From: Candidatus Latescibacterota bacterium
Lineage (GTDB): Bacteria; Latescibacterota; UBA2968
Reading direction: 5' to 3'
Assembly: GCA_965205975.1 (NCBI GenBank)
Contig: OZ242195.1
Coordinates: 2,624,001 to 2,688,000, forward strand
DNA: 64,000 nucleotides
Shown: one piece after another, positions 50,275 to 61,029 of the stretch
Numbering within the stretch: position 1 is the first letter of the stretch
How the letters are laid out: each line of letters begins with the position of its first letter
Program-made: the position numbers and the translations under genes
Notes under the pieces: model-generated
What the model was told of the DNA's origin: nothing
What the model saw: only the letters and a program-made list of their open reading frames with translations
Databases searched by the model: none

Positions 50275-50694
50275 TTAATCGGAAAATTCAACCTCTAAAA
50301 ATCGTTTTGGAGAGCCTATCAAAATATCTTTATACTTTTCGATATCGAGAAGATCATCGTCTCCAGAAATAATCCACTGAACCTTTCCTGCAATAGCACA
50401 GGCTATCACATGATCATCATCTGGATCTCGTTCTACAATACCACTCACACTTGCGGGTTCATAAAGTTCAACCTGTTTCAATACTTCCCGCATCAACTCT
50501 GGCACACTGCTTTCTCGTGCAACTAGAATTGACGCAAATTTATCACGCCCTAAAACCTCTCGCAGTTCTTTGACAAGAACAGGCGAGATAACGGCTTTTA
50601 TTTTTCCATTCTCAATCAGTTTCAAAATTTGATTCGGTAAGCCTGTCCAGAGCAATGCCGAAACCCAGACACTGGTATCAAGCACCACGCGCAC
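50275..50694 (-). CDS. PIN-domain toxin (PIN_3 type)
   Basis: RVVLDTSVWVSAL, RDPDDDHV, ISGDDDLL. Confidence 0.9.
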   Translation of the reverse strand: MRVVLDTSVWVSALLWTGLPNQILKLIENGKIKAVISPVLVKELREVLGRDKFASILVARESSVPELMREVLKQVELYEPASVSGIVERDPDDDHVIACAIAGKVQWIISGDDDLLDIEKYKDILIGSPKRFLEVEFSD

Positions 50695-50935
50695 CGCATT
50701 TTTCCTTTCGATAAGCGTGGACCTCGTCGGCTATCTCACTTAATGGAGGCTCTATAAGGCTTGGCCCCCTGTTGGCGATTTGAGAAAGCAATGTTGTCCT
50801 TTTGGGTTTTAGGATCAGCGTATCACCCTCTATAAAAGCTGCTAGGCTTTCGCCGTTTTCAACATTTTCAATCCAGCTTTTCATTGCCTCTGGCAAAATC
50901 AGTTTATCATCGATGACTTTAACAGCATATTCCAT
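50678..50935 (-). CDS. Putative AbrB-like antitoxin
   Basis: LILPEAMK, EGDTLILK; overlaps the PIN gene start. Confidence 0.65.
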   Translation of the reverse strand: MEYAVKVIDDKLILPEAMKSWIENVENGESLAAFIEGDTLILKPKRTTLLSQIANRGPSLIEPPLSEIADEVHAYRKEKCGARGA

Positions 50936-51041
50936 AGCACTTGTCCTCTTAAAAATACGGGACACAATATTCTTTTTCAAAATAGACAACTACATCTCGA
51001 ATGTCAATCTGTGATTCCCAATTGATTTTTCCGATACGCGA

Positions 51042-51245
51042 CTATATATCTTCTTCAAGATGTTTATCTGTAATCTCTTTCCAACTACCGGCAGCAGCTC
51101 GGAAACATCGTATTTTTTTTTCTTCTGAAAAATCAGAGCACGACTCTATAATCACCGTGACGTTTTCACCTTCAGACAAAACAAGAGGTTCTTCTGGCTC
51201 CAACACACCGTTCCGATACATTGCTTTGATTTTTATCGCTTCCAT
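51042..51245 (-). CDS. DUF104/AF2212-like antitoxin
   Basis: IKAMYRNGVLEPEEPLVLSEGENVTVII. Confidence 0.8.
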   Translation of the reverse strand: MEAIKIKAMYRNGVLEPEEPLVLSEGENVTVIIESCSDFSEEKKIRCFRAAAGSWKEITDKHLEEDI

Positions 51246-51373
51246 AGTGATTGTCCTTTGAAAAAGTACAGAGCATAATATCTTTTTCCAAAATATACAA
51301 CTCTACCTTAAATGTCAAATCTGTGATCTCCGATTGTTTTTTCCTTATATTACTACTTGTCCCCCTAACTCCC

Positions 51374-52363
51374 ATGATCGAAACTATTCACCGCTTATTC
51401 CGCGACCAACTGCCAGAACAGCGCATTGCAAAAATCGAACCGCTCTCCGAAACCCGGGCGCACACAGTCTGGAAAGTCACAACTGACCGCTCGGTATTTG
51501 CAGTTAAACACCACCTCTTTGCGCCGCTCACATGCGGCAAACCATACCACTTGCTCGCCGTTGAACAAAAAGTCACCAACCATCTCCTCGCCAGCGGCGT
51601 CTCTGTCCCCCGCATCATCACAACCGATCACGACATGGTCATCTACGAATGGTGCGGCAATCACACCCTCGACGACATCTGCCAGACCGTTGATCCCAGC
51701 CCATTCATGCACAGCGTCATCAACACCCTCTGCGCGCTCGAAAAAGCGTTTTACAATCACAGCGCCAAATTCATCCCGCACATCGCGCCCGGGTGTAGCG
51801 CAGATGACTTGCGAGAACAGTGGCACAACACCACCCAATCACTCGCAGAAACGCTTCCCCATCTCGTAACGCGCGACTCCAATGCCCCAAATCTTCTATC
51901 GGCCTGGGAAACCATCGTAAACGAACTCATCCACGCACCGCCAGCACTCGGCCCCACCGACTACAACGCCCGCAACATCGCGTGTCCAAATCCAGAAACG
52001 GCAACCGTTCTCGAACTCGCCAAAATCGGCTATGACTGGCCCGAACGCCGCCTGATACAATACACCACATCGCTCGGCGCCCACAAGCCCCACGGCCGCA
52101 TCATTGGCCTTCTCACACCAGTACTTGCGCAATACTACGCACATCTTGCATCACAATTGTACTCTACTCCAGCCGAAACCATCCTCTTTCGTCTCGATGC
52201 ACACCACCTCATCTATCACCTGTTCGCAGCCCATATATGCCTCACAACGCCACACTGGCAAAATATCAAAACCCGCATCGCACAACACAAAAGTCAGATA
52301 TCCCAGCCCTTATCCGACCATCCCCTGATAAACAAATTCCGCGCATATTTTCGCAAAAAATAA
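51374..52363 (+). CDS. Phosphotransferase (APH/kinase-like fold)
   Basis: FAVK, VPRII, YEW, PTDYNARN catalytic-loop-like motif. Confidence 0.55.
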   Translation: MIETIHRLFRDQLPEQRIAKIEPLSETRAHTVWKVTTDRSVFAVKHHLFAPLTCGKPYHLLAVEQKVTNHLLASGVSVPRIITTDHDMVIYEWCGNHTLDDICQTVDPSPFMHSVINTLCALEKAFYNHSAKFIPHIAPGCSADDLREQWHNTTQSLAETLPHLVTRDSNAPNLLSAWETIVNELIHAPPALGPTDYNARNIACPNPETATVLELAKIGYDWPERRLIQYTTSLGAHKPHGRIIGLLTPVLAQYYAHLASQLYSTPAETILFRLDAHHLIYHLFAAHICLTTPHWQNIKTRIAQHKSQISQPLSDHPLINKFRAYFRKK

Positions 52364-52393
52364 AGGCGATCCCATTTCCAAGATCGCCTTTTT
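52362..52393. terminator. Intrinsic, probably bidirectional, terminator
   Basis: AAAGGCGATC / GATCGCCTTT stem with T tract. Confidence 0.75.
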
Positions 52394-52417
52394 ATTTATT
52401 TTCACTGTTATAGAGTC

Positions 52418-52507
52418 GAGGCAGGGATGCCTCTCTTACGGGTCTATGAACTGGCCTGAGAGTCGGCCAGTTGTACATCGCTCCGTCTATTCGTCTATTC
52501 GTCTATT
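52418..52507 (-). repeat. Repeat cluster: GTAA REP-like hairpin, 30-bp hairpin copy 2, (AATAGACG)x3
   Basis: 52418-52439, 52447-52476 and 52484-52507 respectively. Confidence 0.75.
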
Positions 52508-55500
52508 CGCGCTTCTACCACCCGCTCAAAAATCGCCCTTGTCTGTGCCATATCGTTCTTCAAAACATCTTCAAACACCTCAGCCGTATCAAACCCCATC
52601 GCCCGGGCCACTGCTGTCAACGCGCGGTCTTCGGTCGGCAAATGGGTACGTGCCTGTTCATCCTGGCGTCTGATCACTTTTTCTACAGTACGCAAAAACA
52701 CATACGCTTGCTGAAGCCGTTGTGCATCTTCTGCCCCCAAAAACCCGCCTTCTACCAATCTTCTCAGTGCCTCAAGCGTATTGGCACTGCGCAACTCCGG
52801 ATGATCTTTGGCGAACTTCAACTGCAAAATTTGTGCAATAAATTCAATATCCACAATCCCTCCCGCATCTGTTTTAATACTCAACACCTTACGGGATCTT
52901 TGTCCATCTTTGCGCTCCATCTTCTTGCGAATATCCAGCATTGTAGCTACCTCTGCATCTGAAAACCCGGTACCCACGACAAAAGGCTCAAACAAATTTA
53001 GCAGCTTTTCTCCCAAAACCGCATCGCCAGCGACGATCCGGCTGCGAGACAATGCCATGCGCTCCCATGTTGACGCGCGCGTATCCAAATAGCGACCATA
53101 AGATTCCAAAGACAGCGCCAAAAGCCCGCTCGCCCCCTCGGGACGCAATCGCGGATCCACCGGATAGAGCTTCCCCTGTGGCGTATTCTGCTCCAGCATC
53201 GCGATCATCTGCTGCGCCAGATCGATAAAAAATTGCAAATTCCCCTGTGGCTTTGCACCATCCGTTTCGCCATCTTCCCCATATACAAATACGATATCCA
53301 GATCCGAACCAAAACTCAATTCGTCCCCACCCATCTTGCCCAGACCCAGCACCACAAACCCGACCTCCTCACCGCTGCGATTGCGCGGCACCCCGCGCTT
53401 TTTAACCAAGCGCGCATAAACCACCTCATAAACCGCCTGCACAACCACATCGGTCAACATCGTCAGCGCCTCAAATGTTTCAAACGTATCGGTCAAGCCC
53501 ACGAGATCGCGCGTCCCAAAGCGCAGCAACTCCCGATTTTTTACAGCATTTATCCCCCCCGCCAATTCGGGCGTATCGCCATACCGCTCAACCTGTGCGC
53601 GAAACTGTTCTCGCAAAGCATCCACACCCGGACTCAGGTGCAAAACCTCTGCTTCCGGATCCAGATACAAAACCTCTGGACGAACCAGCCAATCGAGCAA
53701 TCCGGGATTGCGCCTTATCACCTGCACCAGAAATTGGCTACCCACACACAGCGATAACATCAGTTGGCGAAACCCCTGATTAGATGCCAAAATGCGAAAA
53801 AACATATCGCCTGCCCCATAAGCAGACACCAGACTCTCCAGATTACTCAACCCCTGATCGGGATCGGCTGACTCCTGAAGTGCCTGCATCAATGCCGGTG
53901 CCAGTTCTGTAAAGCTCTGACGCGCCCGTGTGCCCCGAATCCGCGGCACATGTCCAAAAGCCAGATAAATGAGATTGCGATGTGCCTCGCCCGGTCGAGA
54001 AAACCCAATCTCTTCCAATAACCCGCTGGCCTCTGCATCGCCTATTTCCATATTTACCAGCGCGCCTATAGAACGGCCCTCGCTTTCTCGCGCTTCCGTA
54101 AAGACCTGGGCATACACCTCCTGCACAGCCTTCAAATGGACATCCAGTATTTTGCGATACACCTCAGCAGATCCCATATCCATCGTGCGCGCCAGTATTC
54201 TCTGTTCATCCTCCCCTTCGGGCAGCGAATAATCACTGCGGTTGTGCATCATCTGCAAACGGTGTTCCAAACGCCTGAAAAATACGTAAGCGTCCCTTAG
54301 CTGATCGGCTTCCTTCCCCGACAGCGCAGATACCCGTTGCAACTGCCGAATAGCCTCGAGCGTATTGTCCGACCGCGCATTCTCGTGTATGCGCCCCACC
54401 AGCAATTGCAAACACTGCACAATAAACTCGATATCCCGAATGCCTCCAGAGCGCAACTTCAAATGCGTTTCGCGCTGCCCCTTGCTGCCAATCTGATCTT
54501 CTATACGCGCCTTAACGCGGTTGATCTCCGTTGCCGGGCTGGTATCAAAATAGCGCGGAAAAACAAAGGGCTGTACCATCTTCAAAAATCGCTGTCCCAG
54601 ATGTTCAGACCCGGCACAACAACGGGACTTGATCAACATCTGCCGCTCCCACAATTCGCCCCGCCGCATATAGTAGCCCTCATATCCGGCAAGAGGCATC
54701 ACGAGCGCGCCAGCCGCGCCATCGGGACGCAGGCGCATATCCATACGATACAAAAACCCCTCTGGCGTCACCTCTGTCGCCGCACGCACAATTTGCTCAC
54801 ACAATCGGGAGAAAAACTCCTGATTGGTCACAGAACGTTCACCATCCGTATTGCCCTCGGCACTATAGACAAACATCAAATCGATATCCGAACTAAAATT
54901 AAGCTCCATACCGCCCAACTTGCCCAACCCAAAAATAGCAAACTCCACGGACTGTCCATCGCCATTTCGCGGCATGCCATAACGCGCTTGCAGGTCGGGC
55001 AACAAAATATCAATCAGCTTTTGCAAACACACATCTGCCAAAATCGACAAATCAGCCGCAACATACTGAATGGCGCGACCACCAGCCAGATCGCCCACGC
55101 CAATACGCAACAATTCGCGTCGCGCACTTCGCCGAACAGTATTGAGTTTGTCGTCGCGCGTATCCACAGCCTCGACAGCCCGATCAAAAGCCACCATCAA
55201 TTGTTCTTTCTCACACGATTGTGCAATGCGATCCGGAGCATCGATCAACCAATCCAAAATATCGGGGTCGCGCACCAGCATATCAGCCATAAAAGGACTA
55301 CCGCCCAAAACGCACAACAACATGCGACACAACTCGGGATACTCATTGAGCGTGTGCAAAAACGACGCGCGACCAGCCTGCACAATGCGCAAAAAATTAT
55401 TCAGCGCCATATCGGGATCGGGCGCATCGATCAACGCCTGAAAAAAATCGTCGGGAAGTTGACCATCAGCCTCTGAGCCAGCCAACTCTTCGAGATTGTG

Positions 55501-55581
55501 CAACGCGCGTTCAACATCTCGAAATCCCGCCTGTGCAAGCGCGTCTTTTGCGTCGGGTGTATTAAAATCAAAAATATCCAT
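52495..55581 (-). CDS. glnE: Bifunctional glutamine synthetase adenylyltransferase / adenylyl-removing enzyme
   Basis: Two NT domains: GKLGGMELNFSSDIDL and GKMGGDELSFGSDLDI; DMRLRPDG; GGIRDIEF. Confidence 0.95.
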   Translation of the reverse strand: MDIFDFNTPDAKDALAQAGFRDVERALHNLEELAGSEADGQLPDDFFQALIDAPDPDMALNNFLRIVQAGRASFLHTLNEYPELCRMLLCVLGGSPFMADMLVRDPDILDWLIDAPDRIAQSCEKEQLMVAFDRAVEAVDTRDDKLNTVRRSARRELLRIGVGDLAGGRAIQYVAADLSILADVCLQKLIDILLPDLQARYGMPRNGDGQSVEFAIFGLGKLGGMELNFSSDIDLMFVYSAEGNTDGERSVTNQEFFSRLCEQIVRAATEVTPEGFLYRMDMRLRPDGAAGALVMPLAGYEGYYMRRGELWERQMLIKSRCCAGSEHLGQRFLKMVQPFVFPRYFDTSPATEINRVKARIEDQIGSKGQRETHLKLRSGGIRDIEFIVQCLQLLVGRIHENARSDNTLEAIRQLQRVSALSGKEADQLRDAYVFFRRLEHRLQMMHNRSDYSLPEGEDEQRILARTMDMGSAEVYRKILDVHLKAVQEVYAQVFTEARESEGRSIGALVNMEIGDAEASGLLEEIGFSRPGEAHRNLIYLAFGHVPRIRGTRARQSFTELAPALMQALQESADPDQGLSNLESLVSAYGAGDMFFRILASNQGFRQLMLSLCVGSQFLVQVIRRNPGLLDWLVRPEVLYLDPEAEVLHLSPGVDALREQFRAQVERYGDTPELAGGINAVKNRELLRFGTRDLVGLTDTFETFEALTMLTDVVVQAVYEVVYARLVKKRGVPRNRSGEEVGFVVLGLGKMGGDELSFGSDLDIVFVYGEDGETDGAKPQGNLQFFIDLAQQMIAMLEQNTPQGKLYPVDPRLRPEGASGLLALSLESYGRYLDTRASTWERMALSRSRIVAGDAVLGEKLLNLFEPFVVGTGFSDAEVATMLDIRKKMERKDGQRSRKVLSIKTDAGGIVDIEFIAQILQLKFAKDHPELRSANTLEALRRLVEGGFLGAEDAQRLQQAYVFLRTVEKVIRRQDEQARTHLPTEDRALTAVARAMGFDTAEVFEDVLKNDMAQTRAIFERVVEARIDE

Positions 55582-55596
55582 GAATGAACCTCAAAT

Positions 55597-55956
<360 letters not shown>

Positions 55957-56028
55957 TTACATGGATTACGCCGATGGCGCAGATGCAATACAATATATTC
56001 CGACAATCACATCTGTTCAAATGCGTTG

Positions 56029-56057
56029 TTGACACCACAAAAAAAAATCTATATTCT
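56029..56057 (+). promoter_or_regulatory. Sigma70-type promoter
   Basis: TTGACA-17 bp-TATTCT upstream of the cupin gene. Confidence 0.6.
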
Positions 56058-56101
56058 GTGCCCATTCAAAACCATCACCAATACGCACAAAAGGAACCGC
56101 T

Positions 56102-56455
56102 ATGCCCGTTACCAGACTATCGGAAACCACAGCCGAAGAATTTCCCTGGGGCACCCTCAACTGGCTCATGGGCCAGGCCATTGATCCCGATGCCAAACAG
56201 ACCTTTGGCATGGCCATCATTCAACCCGGCCAGCAAAATCCACCGCATTACCACCCCAATTGCGAAGAAATCCTCTATGTCGTCTCCGGAACATGCGAAC
56301 ACACGTACGGCGACGACAGCTATCAACTCGAACCGGGCGATAGCATTCGGGTTCCCGCTGGCGTGATCCACCACGCGATTAACAACGGCGATGAACCGCT
56401 GCGTGCAATCATCTCCTTTTCATCGGGCGACCGTCAAACCGTATTTCTCGAATAG
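56102..56455 (+). CDS. Cupin domain protein
   Basis: PHYHPNCEE, PAGVIH. Confidence 0.85.
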   Translation: MPVTRLSETTAEEFPWGTLNWLMGQAIDPDAKQTFGMAIIQPGQQNPPHYHPNCEEILYVVSGTCEHTYGDDSYQLEPGDSIRVPAGVIHHAINNGDEPLRAIISFSSGDRQTVFLE

Positions 56456-56462
56456 GCGAACT

Positions 56463-57032
56463 ATGACTATTCGGGCCATCATCTTCGACATGGACGGTAC
56501 ACTCACAGAATCGTACATCAACTGGCCAGATCTGCGTTCAAAAATCAATTGCCCGCCCGAAAAAACCATCATCGAGCACATCGACAACTTACCCGCAAAA
56601 CAACGCAAACAGGCCACTGATATCCTTCTCCAAAAAGAATGGGAGGCAGCACAACACGCCGCCATTCGCACTGGTGCAACAGAACTCATAGACGCACTGC
56701 GAGCGCGCAAGTACAAACTCGGCCTGGTCACCAACAACCACGGCGCCGCCATGCACTGCGTAATCAACCGACTCAATCGCGCCTTTGACATCGCCCTCAG
56801 CCGAGACGACGGTCCCATAAAACCCAGCCCCTACCTCATCCACAAAACGCTCCAGGCCCTCGACACTTCTCCAAACGAAGCCATAAGCATCGGCGATAGC
56901 CGTTACGATCTCATGGCCTCTGCCGCCGCCCGCGTGCGCTGTATTCACTTCACCGATGGCGCATCCGACCTCACGCACGATCTCCAGGTCGCGTCACTAC
57001 CTGCGATCATACCGCTCCTGGATCGGCTTTAG
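56463..57032 (+). CDS. HAD-family hydrolase
   Basis: FDMDGTL, LVTNN, KPSP, IGDSRYD. Confidence 0.9.
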   Translation: MTIRAIIFDMDGTLTESYINWPDLRSKINCPPEKTIIEHIDNLPAKQRKQATDILLQKEWEAAQHAAIRTGATELIDALRARKYKLGLVTNNHGAAMHCVINRLNRAFDIALSRDDGPIKPSPYLIHKTLQALDTSPNEAISIGDSRYDLMASAAARVRCIHFTDGASDLTHDLQVASLPAIIPLLDRL

Positions 57033-58203
57033 CACACGCCAACCTTTCCGCACACACTCGGATACGCGCCAACGCCTTTTCGATATTTTCCACAGAATTC
57101 GCGTAAGAAAACCGCAAATATCCCTCGCCGTATTCCCCAAAGTCCGACCCGGCCAGACACGCTACGTGTCCCTCATTCAAAATCACATCTGCGACTTCCG
57201 CAGACGACTTGCCCAATCTCATAATATTTGGAAACGCGTAAAAAGCCCCCTCGGGCATCGGGCATGTAATCCCCTCAATCGCATTCAAACCCTCTACAAT
57301 AATCGCACACCGTTTGCGAAACGCATCCACCATATCCTCAACAGCATCCTGCGGACCCTTCAACGCAGCTAAAGCCGCCATTTGCGTAAACGCAGCCGTA
57401 CACGAATTGCTATTGACCATCAGCCGGTCAAAATGCGGCACGAGATCCATCGGCATCACCCCATAGCCAATGCGCCAGCCCGTCATCGCATACGTCTTGG
57501 AAAACCCATCGAGAATAATCAACAAATCGGCCATACCCTCACACGCCGAAATGCTGTGAAACGCATCGCCATAGACCATCCGGGAATAAATCTCATCGGA
57601 CAACACGGGAATCTGATGCTCGACCGCCACCTCGGCAATCGTCTGCAAATCGCCTTCTGGAATTATGCCACCTGTGGGATTTTGCGGTGAATTTAGAATA
57701 ATCAGCTTTGTGCGTTCCGTCACCAGATCGCGCAATTGATCCGCATTCAGGCTAAACCCGCGATCCTCCGTCAGAGGCACGGGCACGGGTTGCGCACCCG
57801 CAAAGCGAATCACCGACTCGTAAATCGGAAAACCCGGATTCGGATAAATCACCTCATCGCCACGCTCAGCCAATGCCAGAATAGAATAAAACATAATCGG
57901 CTTGGCACCGGGCGTCACCACCACCTGATCGGGATGCACGTCAATCTGTCGCGTTGTCGAAATCTCTTCCGCTATTGCCTCGCGCAACTCGGGCAATCCC
58001 ACGGGCGGACCGTAATGCGTAAACCCATATGACAGTGCTCTCTGTCCCGCCTCGACAATATGTGCTGGCGTGTCAAAATCCGGCTCGCCAATTTCCAGAT
58101 GCACCACATCGTGTCCCATCTCCTCCAGCGCACGCGCCTTTACCAGTACCTCAAAAGCAGACTCCGTACCCAACAGCGACATGCGATTTGCAATATTCAT
58201 CAT
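57007..58203 (-). CDS. Class I/II PLP aminotransferase (aspartate aminotransferase-like)
   Basis: GEPDF, NSPQNPTG, SDEIY, SKTYAMTGWRIG. Confidence 0.93.
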   Translation of the reverse strand: MMNIANRMSLLGTESAFEVLVKARALEEMGHDVVHLEIGEPDFDTPAHIVEAGQRALSYGFTHYGPPVGLPELREAIAEEISTTRQIDVHPDQVVVTPGAKPIMFYSILALAERGDEVIYPNPGFPIYESVIRFAGAQPVPVPLTEDRGFSLNADQLRDLVTERTKLIILNSPQNPTGGIIPEGDLQTIAEVAVEHQIPVLSDEIYSRMVYGDAFHSISACEGMADLLIILDGFSKTYAMTGWRIGYGVMPMDLVPHFDRLMVNSNSCTAAFTQMAALAALKGPQDAVEDMVDAFRKRCAIIVEGLNAIEGITCPMPEGAFYAFPNIMRLGKSSAEVADVILNEGHVACLAGSDFGEYGEGYLRFSYANSVENIEKALARIRVCAERLACAKADPGAV

Positions 58204-58276
58204 AAAATCCTTAAATGCAGTAAAAGGTGAAACGTAAAAAGTAAGAACGTAGAGGCGGTGCCCATTATCTCGTTTT

Positions 58277-58582
58277 CTAATGTTGTGATCGTTCCGCTAC
58301 TTCGTAAGCTGTGTCGTGAGGTCCCACAGCTATTGCCCAAGCTGTGTCGTTATCCAGAATTGAAAAAACAAAGCGAAAATTGCGATTCAAACGCACCGAG
58401 TACAGATTATTGCCAATCCGCAGTCGCTCCAAATTCCGTCCGGGAGCCAACTCGCCAGCACATAGTTCGTCAATCACGCGCTCCAATTCTCTTTGCATCC
58501 GAGGGGGAAGACGCCTGACCATTTTGGCGAACTTGTTATTCGGTCTTATGAACGCGGTAATTTGTAACGGACGACTGGTCAT
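58277..58582 (-). CDS. RelE/ParE-superfamily toxin-like protein
   Basis: LERLR, LYSVRLNRNFRFVF, VGPHDTAY. Confidence 0.75.
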   Translation of the reverse strand: MTSRPLQITAFIRPNNKFAKMVRRLPPRMQRELERVIDELCAGELAPGRNLERLRIGNNLYSVRLNRNFRFVFSILDNDTAWAIAVGPHDTAYEVAERSQH

Positions 58583-58585
58583 GGA

Positions 58586-59152
58586 CTATAGATCTTCCAA
58601 AGATGCCATAAATTCTGCTCCGTTCGTGTATGTTTCTCCTGAGTTCGAAGGAAGCGACCCGTCGTTGATCAGAATGAGCCAGCGAAGCTCTTGATACCAT
58701 GCAACGAGAGATTTGAACAGATCGTCCAGGCGTTCCAATTCTTCAAAGACCTCGGCGCCGTGTGCGTTTGCCCCACCACTCTGCTGTAAGACGTCTCGAA
58801 TATCGCGCAATGCTTTTCTTTCATTAATGAAGTATGCCTCTCCCTTTTCCAGCGCAGGCACCCCAACATCATCAGGGTCCATTTCCTGACCCGGCGGAAA
58901 ATCTTTAGCGGCTTTCAAGAGCCGATCATGAAAGGTGTCAAGGATAGCGGCCTGGGCATTGTACCGTTCCCGAAAGCTATTGGTTAATACCTGTATCACC
59001 TTTTTATTCTGGCTTTTGTGCAGATTTGACAGCGCATTTTCGCGGAGTACCTCTGGGTGTTCCAGGGGTTGTGCTCCCCAGACTAATGCACCGGCGACAT
59101 CGCGCACCGCTTCACCGCTAAATTCAGCGACTTGTTGCGTAATCATGCTCAA
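58586..59152 (-). CDS. Hypothetical protein, putative antitoxin partner
   Basis: Helical acidic ORF ending 3 bp before the toxin start; C-terminal ETYTNGAEFMASL. Confidence 0.55.
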   Translation of the reverse strand: MSMITQQVAEFSGEAVRDVAGALVWGAQPLEHPEVLRENALSNLHKSQNKKVIQVLTNSFRERYNAQAAILDTFHDRLLKAAKDFPPGQEMDPDDVGVPALEKGEAYFINERKALRDIRDVLQQSGGANAHGAEVFEELERLDDLFKSLVAWYQELRWLILINDGSLPSNSGETYTNGAEFMASLEDL

Positions 59153-59220
59153 CCTCCCTTTCAGGTGATTGAAGGGTATGCTTATACTATACGTAGAACG
59201 GATGTGCAGAAGCTAACCGC

Positions 59221-59784
59221 TTATTTAATAACAATTGCGTGTGCAACTTCGGGACCGTGAACCCCCAGCGTCAGTCGCATCTCAATATCTGCGGTTCGGC
59301 TCGGTCCAGAAATAAAAGTTGCCGTTGCATTTTCGGGATGATCCAGATAAAACTGGCGCAACGGCTCAGCGGCATCCTTCAAATTCTCCAGCAGCGTACT
59401 CGCCTTAAAAATGCCGATATGTACGCGGGGCAACGTCGAAACAAGACGCACGGCATCGTCCAGAGCAAACTCGACGAGACTCCCCGACTCAGCCACTGCA
59501 AAAACCGCCCAGGACACTCCCGCCTCGACAGCATCAATCGCGTGGGGCAATTCGGAACTGTCAAAAGGCGGCACGCGCACATCAATCCCCGCATCCACAC
59601 ACGCGCGTTCAACAGCATCGTCCAACCCATCGGGCAACTCGGCGCACACAACCCGCTTACAACCGATCTCCCTGAGCACACTGACCACAATGGGCGCAAC
59701 CGCATCAACACCCTCAGCCACATGCGCGACACCGGACAAAGACGCGTACTTTTTCACAAAAGCATCAATCAATTCATCACTCAT
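59221..59784 (-). CDS. LUD domain (LutC/YkgG) protein
   Basis: AVAESGS, FISGPSRTADIE, GVHGP. Confidence 0.9.
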   Translation of the reverse strand: MSDELIDAFVKKYASLSGVAHVAEGVDAVAPIVVSVLREIGCKRVVCAELPDGLDDAVERACVDAGIDVRVPPFDSSELPHAIDAVEAGVSWAVFAVAESGSLVEFALDDAVRLVSTLPRVHIGIFKASTLLENLKDAAEPLRQFYLDHPENATATFISGPSRTADIEMRLTLGVHGPEVAHAIVIK

Positions 59785-60033
59785 AATCCACCTATCAATT
59801 GAGAAAAATTGCCCCCACCCTCAATTCGCGTTTTAATTTTCATTCAGGGGACATTTATTGCAACGCTTTAATTCGCCATCAAAGTATCAAAGAACATTCA
59901 AATTAATGTGAAATACCTTTCCACGCAAGTACACATACGGAGTACACCACTACTTTACCCTTTACCCTTTGAACTCTCCACTTTATCTTTACTCCATTCC
60001 GCACGCACTATCCATTGTTCACTGGTAACTAAC

Positions 60034-61029
60034 ATGCACTCTCCAATACGCATCGCACAAATCGGCCTTGGGCCACTCGGCCAGATGCTCACCCCCTATC
60101 TGGCAAAACGATCGGGCATTGAAATCGTCAGTGCCGTTGACATTGACCCATCCAAAACAAATCGCGATCTGGGCGAAGTGAGCCAATGCGACCCCCTCGG
60201 CATAGCCATCACCGACGATCTCGACAGGGGATTGGCCGACGCAGACCTCGCCGTAGTGACAACCGTATCAGAACTCCAACGCATCGCCCCCACATTAAAA
60301 GAAATTATCGACCGGGGCGTCAACATCGTCTCGACCTGCGAAGAACTGTCTTATCCCTGGACAACACAACCCGAATTATCCGCAACCATCGACACCTGGG
60401 CAAAAGAACGCGACGTCTCAGTCCTCGGAACCGGCATCAACCCCGGCTTTCTCATGGACTTCTTGCCCACAGCGGCCACCGGCGTGTGTCACACCGTGCA
60501 ATCCATACGCATAGAACGCACCCAGGACGCCTCTGCGCGCCGTCTCCCCTTTCAGCAAAAAATAGGCGCGGGACTCACAGTTGAAGAATTCCAGAACCTC
60601 GTCGCCCAACAAAAAATCCGCCACGTCGGCCTCACCGAATCCATGCACATGATCGCCGCGCGACTGGGATGGCAACTCGACCACACCGAAGACATCGTAG
60701 AACCCGTCCTCGCAAAACCGGGGCATTGTGCAGGCGTATTGCAAACGGGACGGGGATACCACAACGGGCGGGAAGTCCTCACCCTCATCTTCAAAGCCGC
60801 CGTCGGACAACTAATACACAATGGCGACTCAATCGAATCTCAGGAGCGCATCCAGATCAATGGCACACCCGCTTACGACCTCATCATACCCGGCGGCATC
60901 AACGGCGACATCGCCACCTGTGCAGTCATCGCCAATGCCATCCCAATAGTCGCATCTGCCGCACCCGGACTGCGCACCATGATCGACATCCCCCCACTCT
61001 CCTGCGCTCAAGAAATCCCCGAGGGATAA
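60034..61029 (+). CDS. NAD(P)-dependent amine dehydrogenase (2,4-diaminopentanoate dehydrogenase / DapB-like)
   Basis: GLGPLG Rossmann motif, STCEEL, GTGINPGF, GGINGDIAT. Confidence 0.8.
   Translation: MHSPIRIAQIGLGPLGQMLTPYLAKRSGIEIVSAVDIDPSKTNRDLGEVSQCDPLGIAITDDLDRGLADADLAVVTTVSELQRIAPTLKEIIDRGVNIVSTCEELSYPWTTQPELSATIDTWAKERDVSVLGTGINPGFLMDFLPTAATGVCHTVQSIRIERTQDASARRLPFQQKIGAGLTVEEFQNLVAQQKIRHVGLTESMHMIAARLGWQLDHTEDIVEPVLAKPGHCAGVLQTGRGYHNGREVLTLIFKAAVGQLIHNGDSIESQERIQINGTPAYDLIIPGGINGDIATCAVIANAIPIVASAAPGLRTMIDIPPLSCAQEIPEG

Noticed and set aside
54337..55476. 379-aa plus-strand ORF
   Set aside because: Fully antisense to glnE with no recognisable motifs; the same applies to the many other shadow ORFs.
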